A DNA stretch of 49,964 nucleotides from Candidatus Hodarchaeota archaeon (GTDB taxonomy: Archaea; Asgardarchaeota; Lokiarchaeia; Sigyniarchaeales; SOKP01): positions 1 to 49,964 of the forward strand of contig JBHLJY010000016.1 in assembly GCA_048887225.1 (NCBI GenBank). The letters are read 5' to 3'. The notes below the pieces were generated by a model, which was given only the letters and a program-made list of their open reading frames with translations, did not search any database and was not told where the DNA came from. This document shows positions 20,439 through 31,038 of the stretch, piece by piece. Every line of letters begins with the position of its first letter. Positions within the stretch are counted from its first letter, which is position 1. Made by a program: the position numbers and the translations under genes.

Positions 20439-21158
20439 ATGAAAGAAAATCTGAGTCGTAAAATAAAAGCAATATTACTTGATCTAGATGGTACATTATT
20501 AGACCTTAATATTGATCCTTTTATTAAGGCGTATTTAAAGGGATTAGCTAAATGTGTAGCCCATATCGTTCCACCAAATAAATTTATTCCTCTTCTTATG
20601 AAAGCCTCTAAAAATATGGATGATAATAATGGGCAGATGACGAATGAGGAGGTTTTTGCGAATGCATTTTTCCCATTAATGGGGTATTCACGTGAAGAAA
20701 TCGAACCGTTATTTATGAAATTCTATGAGGATGAATTTCCAAAGCTACGACATTATTCTCGCCAAAAACCTGAAGCGCGTTCTCTTATGCAAATTCTTTT
20801 TGAACGGGATTATGACGTCGTGGTTGCTACTACGCCCCTCCTTCCGATGACTGCAGTCGAACAGAGGCTCGAATGGGCAGGTGTGGCTGATTTTCCTTAT
20901 AAATTAATTACTTCTTTTGAAATTATGCGAGCTACCAAACCAAATTTACTCTATTTTCAACAAATTTTGGATATTATTGGGCATAAAGCAGAGTCATGCT
21001 TAATGGTAGGTGATGAGAATAAGGATATGGTTGCTGCAAATCTAGGCATTTGGACATTCCTCATATATAGTTCTCATACCAAGTTAGATCCCTCAACGCC
21101 TGAACCGAATTATAGGGGTACTCTAGCTGATTTAAAAGCTTTGATTTTAGAATCTTAA
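20439..21158 (+). CDS. HAD-superfamily hydrolase
   Basis: DLDGTL, ATT, KPN, MVGD...D. Confidence 0.92.
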   Translation: MKENLSRKIKAILLDLDGTLLDLNIDPFIKAYLKGLAKCVAHIVPPNKFIPLLMKASKNMDDNNGQMTNEEVFANAFFPLMGYSREEIEPLFMKFYEDEFPKLRHYSRQKPEARSLMQILFERDYDVVVATTPLLPMTAVEQRLEWAGVADFPYKLITSFEIMRATKPNLLYFQQILDIIGHKAESCLMVGDENKDMVAANLGIWTFLIYSSHTKLDPSTPEPNYRGTLADLKALILES

Positions 21159-21219
21159 AAAAAGGAATTTAAAAATTTTAAAATTTACAATTGGATTTTG
21201 ACTTTCAATATTATCCCAA

Positions 21220-23619
21220 TTATTGACTAATTTTTTCTTCGGCTATTTTTATTAACTCGTTAAAAATTTCTAAATAATGCATGCTAATAATGTCTTGGTA
21301 TTGAGTTGCAAATTGTGTGATTTCTCGCATAATAGAAATCGTTTGTATAGGATCCGTAGTAGACTTTAACATCTCATGAAAATTCATAAGTCTCTGACGT
21401 GTTTCACGAATAATTTTCTCCTTTATATCTATGGGAAAGAATTTTGCAACAATGTCGTCAGAATTTTTAAATATTCTGATATCTCCTTTCCAATGCAAGA
21501 GTTTCTTCCGATAACGTGCTTCAAACGCATCTGTGAATTTCTCTACTCGTTTGTGAATGATTGGTAGGTCTTTTTCGGACAAAAGCGCAGAGGTACAAAA
21601 TTGGCCGTGATATAATATAACTTTTTTATCTTCTTGATCAATCGTTCGAAGTAATTGTTTACTCCCTGTAGCTTCTTTTACAAAACTTGTTATTGCAGAA
21701 ATCATACCAGAAATTAATTCGGGGTCTTGATATTCTACCCCAAACATATACCCATAGAGACTTAGACCTTCTTTCGAAATAACAAACAGATTTCGCAATG
21801 ATTTCTCCCAATTTCTCTGTCGGAGTATTTTTCGTGTGGTTAAAGCAATTGGAGTTGATAAAATAGCTAATGCTACGATTATACCAATAAGTATCAAAGT
21901 CTCTAAGGTCAACCCTTCAGTCTCTTTCGAGTCCCCATCTGAACTTTCGCTTGACACAGCAGAAGTACGAACTTCAATTTGAGTTGAAAGATAAGCCACC
22001 TCTTTTCCATTAGACCAAAATATGTCTATGCTATATATTCCAATATCCAAATCTGTACTTAACAATATTTCCGAACTATTCATTATTCCATCCAGAGATG
22101 AGAGTTCAGATTCATTATAAACTACTGCTCCAGAGGGATTTTTTAATATTATTTGCCCCGACCCTCCCGAGATAGGCTCATTGTTTGAATTCTTAATTTC
22201 AGCATCGATCCGAATTGTCTGCCCTAAATTAAAAGACAATCCTTCCTCAAAAGTATTGTTAGATTTAATTTTCGTGCTTATGCTATTGCAGTAGTTTGGT
22301 GAAGTGTATATTCCCGTGTAATTTCCTTTTTCAAAACCAAAACCAAATAATTGAAATAATCCATAATAAGATACATTATATATTTTTAAAGGTCCAAAAT
22401 ATATATCGGATACATCGATACCATTTGGATCATAAAATCGAACAAAATCCCAGTCATATTCAAATAAAAAGAATAGTTCGAAACCAAATGCCCCTATGTC
22501 TTTATAAAAATATGAAATGGTCCACTCTATTTTGTTTTGGCTGGTGTCGTATTTTCCAGTAGCGTTAATCAAATATACATAATATTCCTCAATGGATACC
22601 TCAAGAATAGGTATTGTTTGGTTGGTAATGACAGTAACGTTTACTGTAAAAGTCGGAGGAGCGTTAAAGTAATATCTTAAAAATCCTTCGTATCCTCGCT
22701 CCATTCCCATCCCCCCGATAATTTTTCGGTATATTGGAATAATGGGGTTGTTGTCAATTATGAATATGAGACCGACTTTCGAAGGATGAATCAATTTAGC
22801 ATATGTGAAATTGCATAACATATCTTGGGTAGTATCGTTTTTAATAATGTTCCAATCGCTTCCATTATATACCCTCGTCTTTCCTTTATTATTGGCTGGT
22901 GTGGTATAGTTTTCTGCCTTCCACCAATCTGTTCTTCTAACTCCAATACCTCCAGAAGATATCATATTAAAAACTAAATTATATTTATGATTTGCTTCTA
23001 AAGCGTGTGAAAAGAAATAAAAAGTATACCATTCATCAACATTTTTTCTATTTTCCCATCTCTCATCAAAATCTAGTTCTTCTTGAAAATCTTCGTCATA
23101 GATATACATTTGGAGATAATAAAATCCAAACATTAATGGAATAGAATAGTTCAAATAAATGTTTAGCTCTTGTATAGTCATAAAATCGGGTGCGGTAAAT
23201 TCTTGTGCGATTCTAAAGGATCTTGTAACATTGATTTGTCTGTTTATATTGTCAGCAATCGTCATTTGATCCGTTCCGTTTATTAACCTGAAAGCCCTAA
23301 TATCCATATAGTTTAGGTCATATATATATTCCCCATTGGTAAAATTTGGAGCCACAAGGCAGGTAGTGGAATTGTCATTAAACCATGTCTTCCATGTTGA
23401 ATTTCTCGAAATTCCCATAATAGAAACATCTCCAACATAGGATCCATTGTAATTATGGACTTGGGCGTTTGAAATTAGAGGTTCTTTATAAACATAGTTT
23501 TCTGATCGTGTTTTATTTGTTTCTATATCTTTTTCTGGAAGTAGGATAGGGAGATATATCAAAGAAAAAATCATTAAAAATAATAAAATTAAACTTTTTG
23601 TTTCTCTTGGCATTTTCAA
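21220..23619 (-). CDS. Large surface protein with membrane anchor and cytoplasmic longin/roadblock-like domain
   Basis: N-terminal signal/TM; ectodomain rich in N-x-S/T sequons; TM near aa 575-597; then LFVISKEGLSLY...DPELISGMISAITSFVKE. Confidence 0.75.
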   Translation of the reverse strand: MKMPRETKSLILLFLMIFSLIYLPILLPEKDIETNKTRSENYVYKEPLISNAQVHNYNGSYVGDVSIMGISRNSTWKTWFNDNSTTCLVAPNFTNGEYIYDLNYMDIRAFRLINGTDQMTIADNINRQINVTRSFRIAQEFTAPDFMTIQELNIYLNYSIPLMFGFYYLQMYIYDEDFQEELDFDERWENRKNVDEWYTFYFFSHALEANHKYNLVFNMISSGGIGVRRTDWWKAENYTTPANNKGKTRVYNGSDWNIIKNDTTQDMLCNFTYAKLIHPSKVGLIFIIDNNPIIPIYRKIIGGMGMERGYEGFLRYYFNAPPTFTVNVTVITNQTIPILEVSIEEYYVYLINATGKYDTSQNKIEWTISYFYKDIGAFGFELFFLFEYDWDFVRFYDPNGIDVSDIYFGPLKIYNVSYYGLFQLFGFGFEKGNYTGIYTSPNYCNSISTKIKSNNTFEEGLSFNLGQTIRIDAEIKNSNNEPISGGSGQIILKNPSGAVVYNESELSSLDGIMNSSEILLSTDLDIGIYSIDIFWSNGKEVAYLSTQIEVRTSAVSSESSDGDSKETEGLTLETLILIGIIVALAILSTPIALTTRKILRQRNWEKSLRNLFVISKEGLSLYGYMFGVEYQDPELISGMISAITSFVKEATGSKQLLRTIDQEDKKVILYHGQFCTSALLSEKDLPIIHKRVEKFTDAFEARYRKKLLHWKGDIRIFKNSDDIVAKFFPIDIKEKIIRETRQRLMNFHEMLKSTTDPIQTISIMREITQFATQYQDIISMHYLEIFNELIKIAEEKISQ

Positions 23620-23969
23620 TACCTAAAGTAGGATTAATTGATGTCTATTAAGCAAAAATAATTCTTATTTTTATTAAAAAAGAGTAAATATATCTATAAA
23701 TAATTATTTTTTTTATTTCTTCTCGTATTTCAATAGATCTTATTTCCTCTGCTTAAGCAGGTATTGAAAATTATCGTAAGTTCCCTCGCTTACTTCAATA
23801 TCTTGTAAGTTGGAATTATCGAAATGATTTAGCTCATTGTAATTGATTATATGATGATTTTTTAACCACAATTTAGTGCCAAATAATTTAATTAAATATA
23901 GTAATGAACCGGCTTGAGAAGTCAACTCGTTCTCTTTATGAATAATATAAAAAAATGAATAAAAGAATT

Positions 23970-24878
23970 TCAATCTGCATGAGCGCTTATTATTAAATCA
24001 GCGAAAAGCTTCATATCATTTAATAGCATATTAAGTTTATCCTGTGAGCCAACATCAATCTCTCCAGATTTCATCACAAGGACAGATATAATATATTTGA
24101 GTATATGCAGTTCTATTTCTTTCCCTTCGTTATTACGGCCTTTGAAATCAGCAGAATCACTCATAAATATGTTTTCACGAACCGTATTACATGCGTTTAT
24201 AAAATCTCTTAAATCACCTCTTAAAGTTAATCCACTACTAACACCTGGAACGTTATGTACAATAACATTTCCAGAAATATCTGCGATGATAATTTTTGCA
24301 TTTATCTCTTCAAGTTGTTTTTCTGCTTTTTCAACATGACCTTTTAATTCAGCGTAGGAAGTCATCAATATATCTCTAAATATTTTTGCTAATTTGTCTT
24401 GCTCATAAATACTTGTAAGCATATGTTGAAAATCATAATCTTTAAATAAGTCTAAAAAAATATCTTTAGCCTTTTTTACGTTTGTATCTAATAATTCCTT
24501 TTGATAATCTTCTGTATCGTATTTATGAAGAAACAAAAATATTTTTGGTTTTTCGTTATTCTTTCGATAAATATCTAATAATCCTACAAAATATTCTTTT
24601 GCTTGTTCATAGGAATTTGGATCATGCAAATCAACAATAGGAATTAAAATATCAGTCCCTCTGAACACGTCTGGCTTATCCATATATTCTTTCCGATATT
24701 GATCTTGACCGCCAAAATCGAAAATTCCTACTTGTAGCCCTAAAAATGGATGCCTCCTTGTTTCGTAAAGAATTGTTGGACTTAAAGATTTAGTTTCTTC
24801 AGGGCTTTTTTCGGCAAAAGCCACAGAATAAAGCGAAGTTTTACCACATCCAGCTAAACCTACTAAACTAATTTTCAT
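23970..24878 (-). CDS. Small GTPase (Rag/Gtr- or Arf-like) with C-terminal roadblock-like domain
   Basis: G1 GLAGCGKTS, G2 PT, G3 DFGGQ, G4 HKYD, G5 TSI; extra ~120-aa C-terminal domain (IIIADISGNVI...). Confidence 0.88.
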   Translation of the reverse strand: MKISLVGLAGCGKTSLYSVAFAEKSPEETKSLSPTILYETRRHPFLGLQVGIFDFGGQDQYRKEYMDKPDVFRGTDILIPIVDLHDPNSYEQAKEYFVGLLDIYRKNNEKPKIFLFLHKYDTEDYQKELLDTNVKKAKDIFLDLFKDYDFQHMLTSIYEQDKLAKIFRDILMTSYAELKGHVEKAEKQLEEINAKIIIADISGNVIVHNVPGVSSGLTLRGDLRDFINACNTVRENIFMSDSADFKGRNNEGKEIELHILKYIISVLVMKSGEIDVGSQDKLNMLLNDMKLFADLIISAHAD

Positions 24879-24952
24879 ATTTTTTTCCCATTAATAAATT
24901 CTTAATTTGTTTTATATAATATTTAATTTAACTTTATTAATTAAAATAGATC

Positions 24953-26428
24953 TTAATTTTTAGGTGCGTATTTTAAAGTTTTTGAGAATATTTTTCCAAA
25001 TCTCTCTGTATTAGCTTCGACTAACACGGATCCTTCTACTTTTTCTAAAGGATAGCTTATTTCTATGGATTCAAACGGAAATAATTCTCTTATCGTTGTA
25101 ACCCATGGTCTAGTTTCAAATACTTCGTCTATATTAGCGATGCGTACGCGAATATTATCTAAAGTGAAGCCTGCTGTATTAGTTAATGTTAATTCTAATT
25201 TTTTATCATTTTCATTTAACTCTTTAGCAACTGATATAGCCCGTCTAGCACCTATTAGTGTTTTGGCTTCTTCATCTACTGGTTTGGTTTCAATTTTAGG
25301 TTCTTCCTCAGTTGGTGCGTCTCGAACTATAAAAACTTTTCTTTTCTGTACGGTATATTGACTAACTTTTTTAAGTTTAGCTAAAAACAGTACAGCATTC
25401 AAATTTATTGCATTATAAGGCTCGATTGTTATATATCCTTTTTTAGCAGCATCTTCGATAATTTCAGCTCCAATACCTGTTCGAGCAAAAACTGTATTTT
25501 TATTAGGACCCGATCCGACAGAACCAACTGCTATATCTGCATTTTCAGCAGTTAAATCTGTACAGAAATTACAACTTGAGGATTTATATTTATGTAATTC
25601 TCTAATTGTATAAGATTTTATCGGCTCTTTTTTATCTTCATAATACAATTGAAATTTTCCTTTATGTATGTTCATTTTTACGACTTTAGATAAATCTATT
25701 CCATCTTTCTCAAACATAGGGTATAAAGTCTCTGGAGAAAAGCTATCCATGCAAAATAATCCAATAGTTATTACATTACTTCTAAGAAACCATCTTAGCA
25801 TACCAGCTGGTGAATCCATCATTTTTTTAACAGCATCAATATTACAGGGTGTTCCAACAAATGCTATTGACCTATAATCAGACCTAATTGCGTCCATTAA
25901 TGCATCAACTGTTTGACTATGACAATAAATGGAACCAGAAGACTTTATCGCTCCATCTTTTGAGGTAATTATTTGTGCTACGGGATGCCATAATTTATTA
26001 ATATCGCGCATAGTAACAATTGCTGCGTCTATGAGATGCTCATCAAATAAATAGCATAATAAAGAAGTAACTGTTCCGCCATCTTGACCACCGATTACCT
26101 CAGGGATTTCAGTATTAGCGACATAACCAGATTTAAACTCTCCCATAAGCTGGACGGGATCAGTTATCGTACGGGGGCATTGATTATAACAGATTCCGCA
26201 ACCAGTACATTTACCTATGAGCTTGGGCTGAGAGAGAAGCTCATCCCATTCAAGCACCGGACACACTGCTGCACACGTTCCGCATTCCGTACAGATTCCA
26301 GCACGAATAATCTCTTTCATAAGCATGCCATATGAATCCTTCTTCCCTTCCAATTTCTTTTGAATGAAATCAAACGAAAATTTATATTTTTCACCAGCCT
26401 CTTCATGATTCGCATCTTGTTCTGTCAT
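24953..26428 (-). CDS. FrhB/FdhB-family F420-binding beta subunit with ferredoxin N-terminus and extra C-terminal domain
   Basis: 2x CxxCxxCxxxCP, GQDGGTVT, VGTPC, IGLFCM, CNFCTD, ADIAVGSVG. Confidence 0.9.
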   Translation of the reverse strand: MTEQDANHEEAGEKYKFSFDFIQKKLEGKKDSYGMLMKEIIRAGICTECGTCAAVCPVLEWDELLSQPKLIGKCTGCGICYNQCPRTITDPVQLMGEFKSGYVANTEIPEVIGGQDGGTVTSLLCYLFDEHLIDAAIVTMRDINKLWHPVAQIITSKDGAIKSSGSIYCHSQTVDALMDAIRSDYRSIAFVGTPCNIDAVKKMMDSPAGMLRWFLRSNVITIGLFCMDSFSPETLYPMFEKDGIDLSKVVKMNIHKGKFQLYYEDKKEPIKSYTIRELHKYKSSSCNFCTDLTAENADIAVGSVGSGPNKNTVFARTGIGAEIIEDAAKKGYITIEPYNAINLNAVLFLAKLKKVSQYTVQKRKVFIVRDAPTEEEPKIETKPVDEEAKTLIGARRAISVAKELNENDKKLELTLTNTAGFTLDNIRVRIANIDEVFETRPWVTTIRELFPFESIEISYPLEKVEGSVLVEANTERFGKIFSKTLKYAPKN

Positions 26429-26570
26429 TTTATATGCATTAAAATCTATAATAGTTTTAGATTAATTAATTGCTTATTGGTTAGTTTAATGGAGTAAAAA
26501 AAAAAAAGATTATTAAATTACTAAAAAAGAGAATTTATTTTTTGGATTGTAATTTATAAGACATAAAACT

Positions 26571-28151
26571 TTAATCAGGTTCTTCTTCACCAAGGCGTTT
26601 TTCAATTTTTTTGATCGCCTTTGTGGAAGATATTCTTACAATTCTGTGAAAATCGTTAACCTGTTTTAATAATGCATTAATGGCAGTTTTTCCACCAAAA
26701 TCTTCTAATATTTTAATTAAACTCAATTTTACTTTAGGATTTTCGTCTAAATTATTTTTTAAATGATCTATTAATCGTTCTGAACGCATAACGAAAAATC
26801 TTTCAGATTCAGAACGCTTACTTTCTATACTTAGATTTATAAGGTAAATATTATAAAGAGCGTCGGATGCGACTTTTTTGAGTAGCCAATAATTATTTTT
26901 ATCCTCTATAATGGATATAAGCGGATCCATAGCATCTTTATTACCGATTTTTCCTAACGCAATAGCCGCATTTTTTCGCACATCTAAATTTCTTTTGTTT
27001 AATAACTCAATTAGTGGATTTATGAATAAATCATAACCTAATTCTCCAAATAGATACGCAACACTTTCCAATAATATCTCATTTTTAGTATTTATTATTG
27101 AATATAAGTAGTCAAAATCAGCATCTTTATTCATTAAATATATTTTCTTAATTGCGTCAAGTATATACCATTTCATGTCTAAATCGATGTATTCAAAATG
27201 GAGGTCTTCAATATTTAAAATATTCAATAACTTAGGAACCGTGGATAAATCTCCAATTTCACCTAAAGATTTGATTGATGCTTTACTGACTTCATCGTAA
27301 ATGTTATCTAAATTTTCTAATAACGCATCTCGACCATCCTTAATTTGTAATTCTCCTATTAATTTAATCGCGTTGGTTTTTATAATAAAATCCTCGCTAT
27401 GTACAAAATCTATTAACTCATTATTTATCTCACGACCGATTGCCTTTAATATGATTAAAGCACTATTTAAAAAATCGTCTTTTAAAAAAGTAATGATTAC
27501 TTCCAATAACATTTTTTTATATTGAATTAATTCTGATAGAATTTCTGGATATGTTATTTTGTAAGATTTTGAATCTTTGGGAAAAAGATTAACTGTTGAT
27601 AACTGATGACCAATTAATTTTATTGCCTCAATCTTGTGTTTTTCAGAATAACTATCTTTCTTCAACGATTCTAATAAAAATTTTATTAATTTTTCTGGTT
27701 TCAGTTTTATTAATTGATGTACAACACATTCTTTAATTGATTGATATTTGCTATCCAATTCTTTAATAAAAAGATTAATCTCAGGCTCCGAAAATCGCAC
27801 GTTTGCAATTGTTTTTAATGCTGCAATACTAACTTGGTTATCAGTTGATTCTTGCTCTAATATCCATTTTAAAGGTTTTAGAACTTTATCAATGCCTAAA
27901 AAAGATAATGAATTCGCTGCTTCACATTTCAAATCTATATTGTCATCGGATATCAATATATTTTCTAAAACTTCAAAACATTCTTCTTTTAATATAGTAG
28001 AATTATGAGTAATCAACCCTAAATATTTAATTGCGTTTTTTCTTTTTTTCACATCTTTATCTTTTTCTATTATTTCAAATAACATATTAATTGAATTCTC
28101 AATTCCGAATTCATCACGTTTATGAAATATTTCTTGGGGATTTTTAAACAT
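26571..28151 (-). CDS. HEAT-repeat protein
   Basis: Repeated VRKNAAIALGKIG / KASIKSLGEIG units. Confidence 0.88.
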   Translation of the reverse strand: MFKNPQEIFHKRDEFGIENSINMLFEIIEKDKDVKKRKNAIKYLGLITHNSTILKEECFEVLENILISDDNIDLKCEAANSLSFLGIDKVLKPLKWILEQESTDNQVSIAALKTIANVRFSEPEINLFIKELDSKYQSIKECVVHQLIKLKPEKLIKFLLESLKKDSYSEKHKIEAIKLIGHQLSTVNLFPKDSKSYKITYPEILSELIQYKKMLLEVIITFLKDDFLNSALIILKAIGREINNELIDFVHSEDFIIKTNAIKLIGELQIKDGRDALLENLDNIYDEVSKASIKSLGEIGDLSTVPKLLNILNIEDLHFEYIDLDMKWYILDAIKKIYLMNKDADFDYLYSIINTKNEILLESVAYLFGELGYDLFINPLIELLNKRNLDVRKNAAIALGKIGNKDAMDPLISIIEDKNNYWLLKKVASDALYNIYLINLSIESKRSESERFFVMRSERLIDHLKNNLDENPKVKLSLIKILEDFGGKTAINALLKQVNDFHRIVRISSTKAIKKIEKRLGEEEPD

Positions 28152-28230
28152 TATTGTAAATTATTAACTTTTTTAATAAAAACATAAATTTCTTTAATTA
28201 TTATCATATAAAATCATTTTCATTATAAAG

Positions 28231-28317
28231 ATTATCGAGTTGGATCATTTAATTTGGAGGGATTATCGATTGAGATCATTTGACCTGTAAAAATTATCGA
28301 GCATGATCATTTAATTT
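28231..28317. repeat. Three phased direct repeats (31-bp period) of ATTATCGA-N4-GATCATTT, candidate operator array
   Basis: Copies start at 28231, 28262 and 28293, in the divergent intergenic region upstream of hdrA. Confidence 0.8.
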
Positions 28318-28601
28318 AAATATGTCAAAATACCTAAAAAATGTTTAGAAAAAGCCTATTATTAATGAAAATAAGTTTAACAATAAGTTATTACAGTTAA
28401 TTTTACAATCAATGAGAATTGGAATACGATAATTGAATTAAATTTCATTAAACGCTTATAATGATACAAATGATTAATTATAAGATAAATAGTTATTACT
28501 AATGATTAATTATTAGATATAAATATTTACTAAGTAAAGAATTATTTAATTTATAAAACAAAGGAATTAACAACTTTTTTGAGGTGGATGTGGAAAAAAA
28601 G

Positions 28602-30572
28602 ATGGAAAAAAATCACACGCAACGGTTTGAAACTAAAAATAACGATAAATTAAAAATAGGATACTATGCTTGCCATTGAGGAATAAACATTAGAGGAAAA
28701 GTTGATTGCGATCAATTAGTAAAATTTGCTGAAAGCCTTGATGATGTTGTTATTGCTAAAACCAATGCTTTTCTATGAACCGAGGCAGCTCAAAATGAAA
28801 TTATTGAGGATATCAAAGAAAAAAATTTAAATAGAATTGTTGCTTCGGCTTGAACACCACGTACACATGAGCCAATATACAGAGAATCAATAGCAAAAAC
28901 TGATTTAAGTCCTTATTATTTTCAAATGGTTAATGTAAGGGAACATTGTAGTTGGGTTACAGAAAGCAACGAAGATGCTTTAGAAAAAGCAAAAATCTTG
29001 GTTAAAAGTGGTATTGAAAGAGCTAAACGCTTAGAAGTTATTCCTATAAGAACGGTTCCAATAACTAAAGCGACTTTGGTAGTTGGAGGAGGAATAGCTG
29101 GCATGAATGCTGCTCTTGACCTTGCAAATCAAGGAATTAAAGTTTACTTAGTAGAGCAAAAAACGACAGTTGGAGGAAGAATGGCTCAATTAGATAGAAC
29201 CTTCCCAACCGACGATTGTGCAATTTGAATTTGTGGTCCAAAAATGTTAGAGGTAAGCCGAAACGAAAACATTGAAATCTTAAGCTATAGCGAAGTAAAG
29301 AAAGTTGAAGGCTATGTTGGGAATTATAATGTAACAGTTGAAAAAAAACCTCGATATATTACAGATGATTGTAATGGTTGCGGAGCTTGTACAGAAGTGT
29401 GTCCAACATATACCGCAAATTATTTCGATGAATATTTAGGGGCACGAAAGGCAATTGATATATCATTTGGCCAAGCAGTACCATTTTTGTACGATATCGA
29501 CCGAAGTACTTGTGTAGAGTGTTTTTCATGTGTTGATGCATGTGAGTTAGATGCTATTGATTTCAGTCAAGAGCCAAAAGAAGTTAATTTTGAGGTTGGA
29601 ACAATTATTATAGCAACTGGTTGGGACATATATGAACCTTTTGGAGAATATGGATATGGTGAATATGAGAACGTAGTTACACAAGCTCAATTAGAGAGAA
29701 TGCTTGCTCCGAATGGACCATTAGGTGGACACGTAAGGAGAATCTCAGATAATAAGAAACTAAAAGAAATTTTATTTATTCAGTGTGTAGGAAGTCGAGA
29801 CACTGAAAGAACGTATTGTAGTGGCGTTTGCTGTATGTTGGCTCTTAAAAATGCGAAATTACTTAAAGAGGAATACCCGGACGCAAATATAACAATTTGC
29901 TATATAGACATTAGAATAAACGAAAAAGGATTTGAAGAGTATTATCAACGTGCTAAAGATTCTGATATTCGATTGATTCGTGGAAAGGTTGGTGAAATTT
30001 TTGAAGATCCTGAGACTAAAAATGTTAATATTCGAGTTTATTCATCTTTAACTGATGAGATTATTAAAATTGACGCTGATTTAATAGTCTTATCTACCGC
30101 AGCGCTACCTTCGAAAGGAACTGAACAAATTGCTAAAATATTGAATTTAGATGTTGATAGAAATGGCTTTCTCACGGAATCTCACTTTGGTTTAATGCCA
30201 CAGGAAACAAAATCAAAAGGTATTTTTATAGCGGGTTTCGCTCAAGGACCAAAAAATATTTCATATTCCGTATCTCAAGCCAGAGCGGCAGCTAGTAAAG
30301 TGGCTGAATTAACTGCTCCTGGAGAAGCAGATCTTGAACTTATCATCGCTGAAGTTGACAAGGATTTTTGCATATCATGCAGAAGATGCGAAAGAGAATG
30401 CCCTAAAGAAGCAATAAAAATTGTTGATGAAGAGGGAGCTGTAGTAGATGAAATTAACTGCGATGGATGCGGAATATGCGCAAGTTGTTGTCCTACAGAA
30501 GCAATAGACATTCGATATTTTCGCGATGACCAATTATATGCTGAAATTTCAGGTATTTTGGAAGGAGGTTAA
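28602..30572 (+). CDS. hdrA: Heterodisulfide reductase subunit A, selenoprotein with 4 Sec (UGA)
   Basis: One continuous frame with TGA at 28677, 28776, 28851 and 29226 (ACHUGINI, FLUT, SAUTPRTHE, TDDCAIUICGPKM). Each aligns to Cys in the paralog at 35058. SD GAGGTG at 28581; alternative GTG start at 28590. Confidence 0.93.
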
Positions 30573-30576
30573 ATAG

Positions 30577-31038
30577 ATGAATTATAAATATAAAATTGTT
30601 ATGTTTGCATGCTTAAAGTGAGGTTATGGTGCTGCAGATTTAGCTGGCGTTTCTCGTATGAAATACACACCTTCAGTAAAAATCATCAAACTAAGGTGTA
30701 CTGGTAGAATTGATACAAAACACATCTTATACACCATCAAATCTGGAGCTGATGGTGTAATGGTTGTTGGATGACGCCCAAATGAGTGTCAATTTAAAAA
30801 TGGTAATTTTACAGCTCAAAAGCATGTGGATTTTGCAAATAGAATATTAGAATCTCGAGGTTTTGGCAGTCAAAGGGTCAACATGTATTGGCTAAGTAGT
30901 GCTGAATCTGAGAAATTAGTTAGAAGTGTTGAAGATGCTTATGAGAAAATTCGAAGAGCTGGTCCTAATCCAATTAATACTATAGATATTAAAACTAAGA
31001 GAAAAGTTAAAGAAAGCTTAACTACTCCCGTTGAATGA
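30577..31038 (+). CDS. mvhD: MvhD/VhuD [2Fe-2S] subunit, selenoprotein with 2 Sec
   Basis: ATG at 30577 after GGAGG. TGA at 30619 (ACLKUGYGAADLAG) and 30772 (VVGURPNEC) correspond to CNWCSYAGADLAG and SGCHIGDC of the Cys paralog at 38158. Confidence 0.93.

Noticed and set aside
23740-23973. 77-aa ORF downstream of the GTPase
   Set aside because: No recognisable motif and a low-complexity start; cannot be supported as a gene, though not excluded.
28231-28317. CRISPR array
   Set aside because: Only three units with a 31-bp total period, no spacer-length unique sequence, and no cas genes.
28602-31038. Reading hdrA/mvhD as pseudogenes, or as a genome-wide UGA reassignment
   Set aside because: All six internal stops are TGA at conserved Cys positions, with no frameshifts and a SECIS downstream. 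Other genes in the window end normally at TGA (e.g. 17461) and Trp is encoded by TGG.
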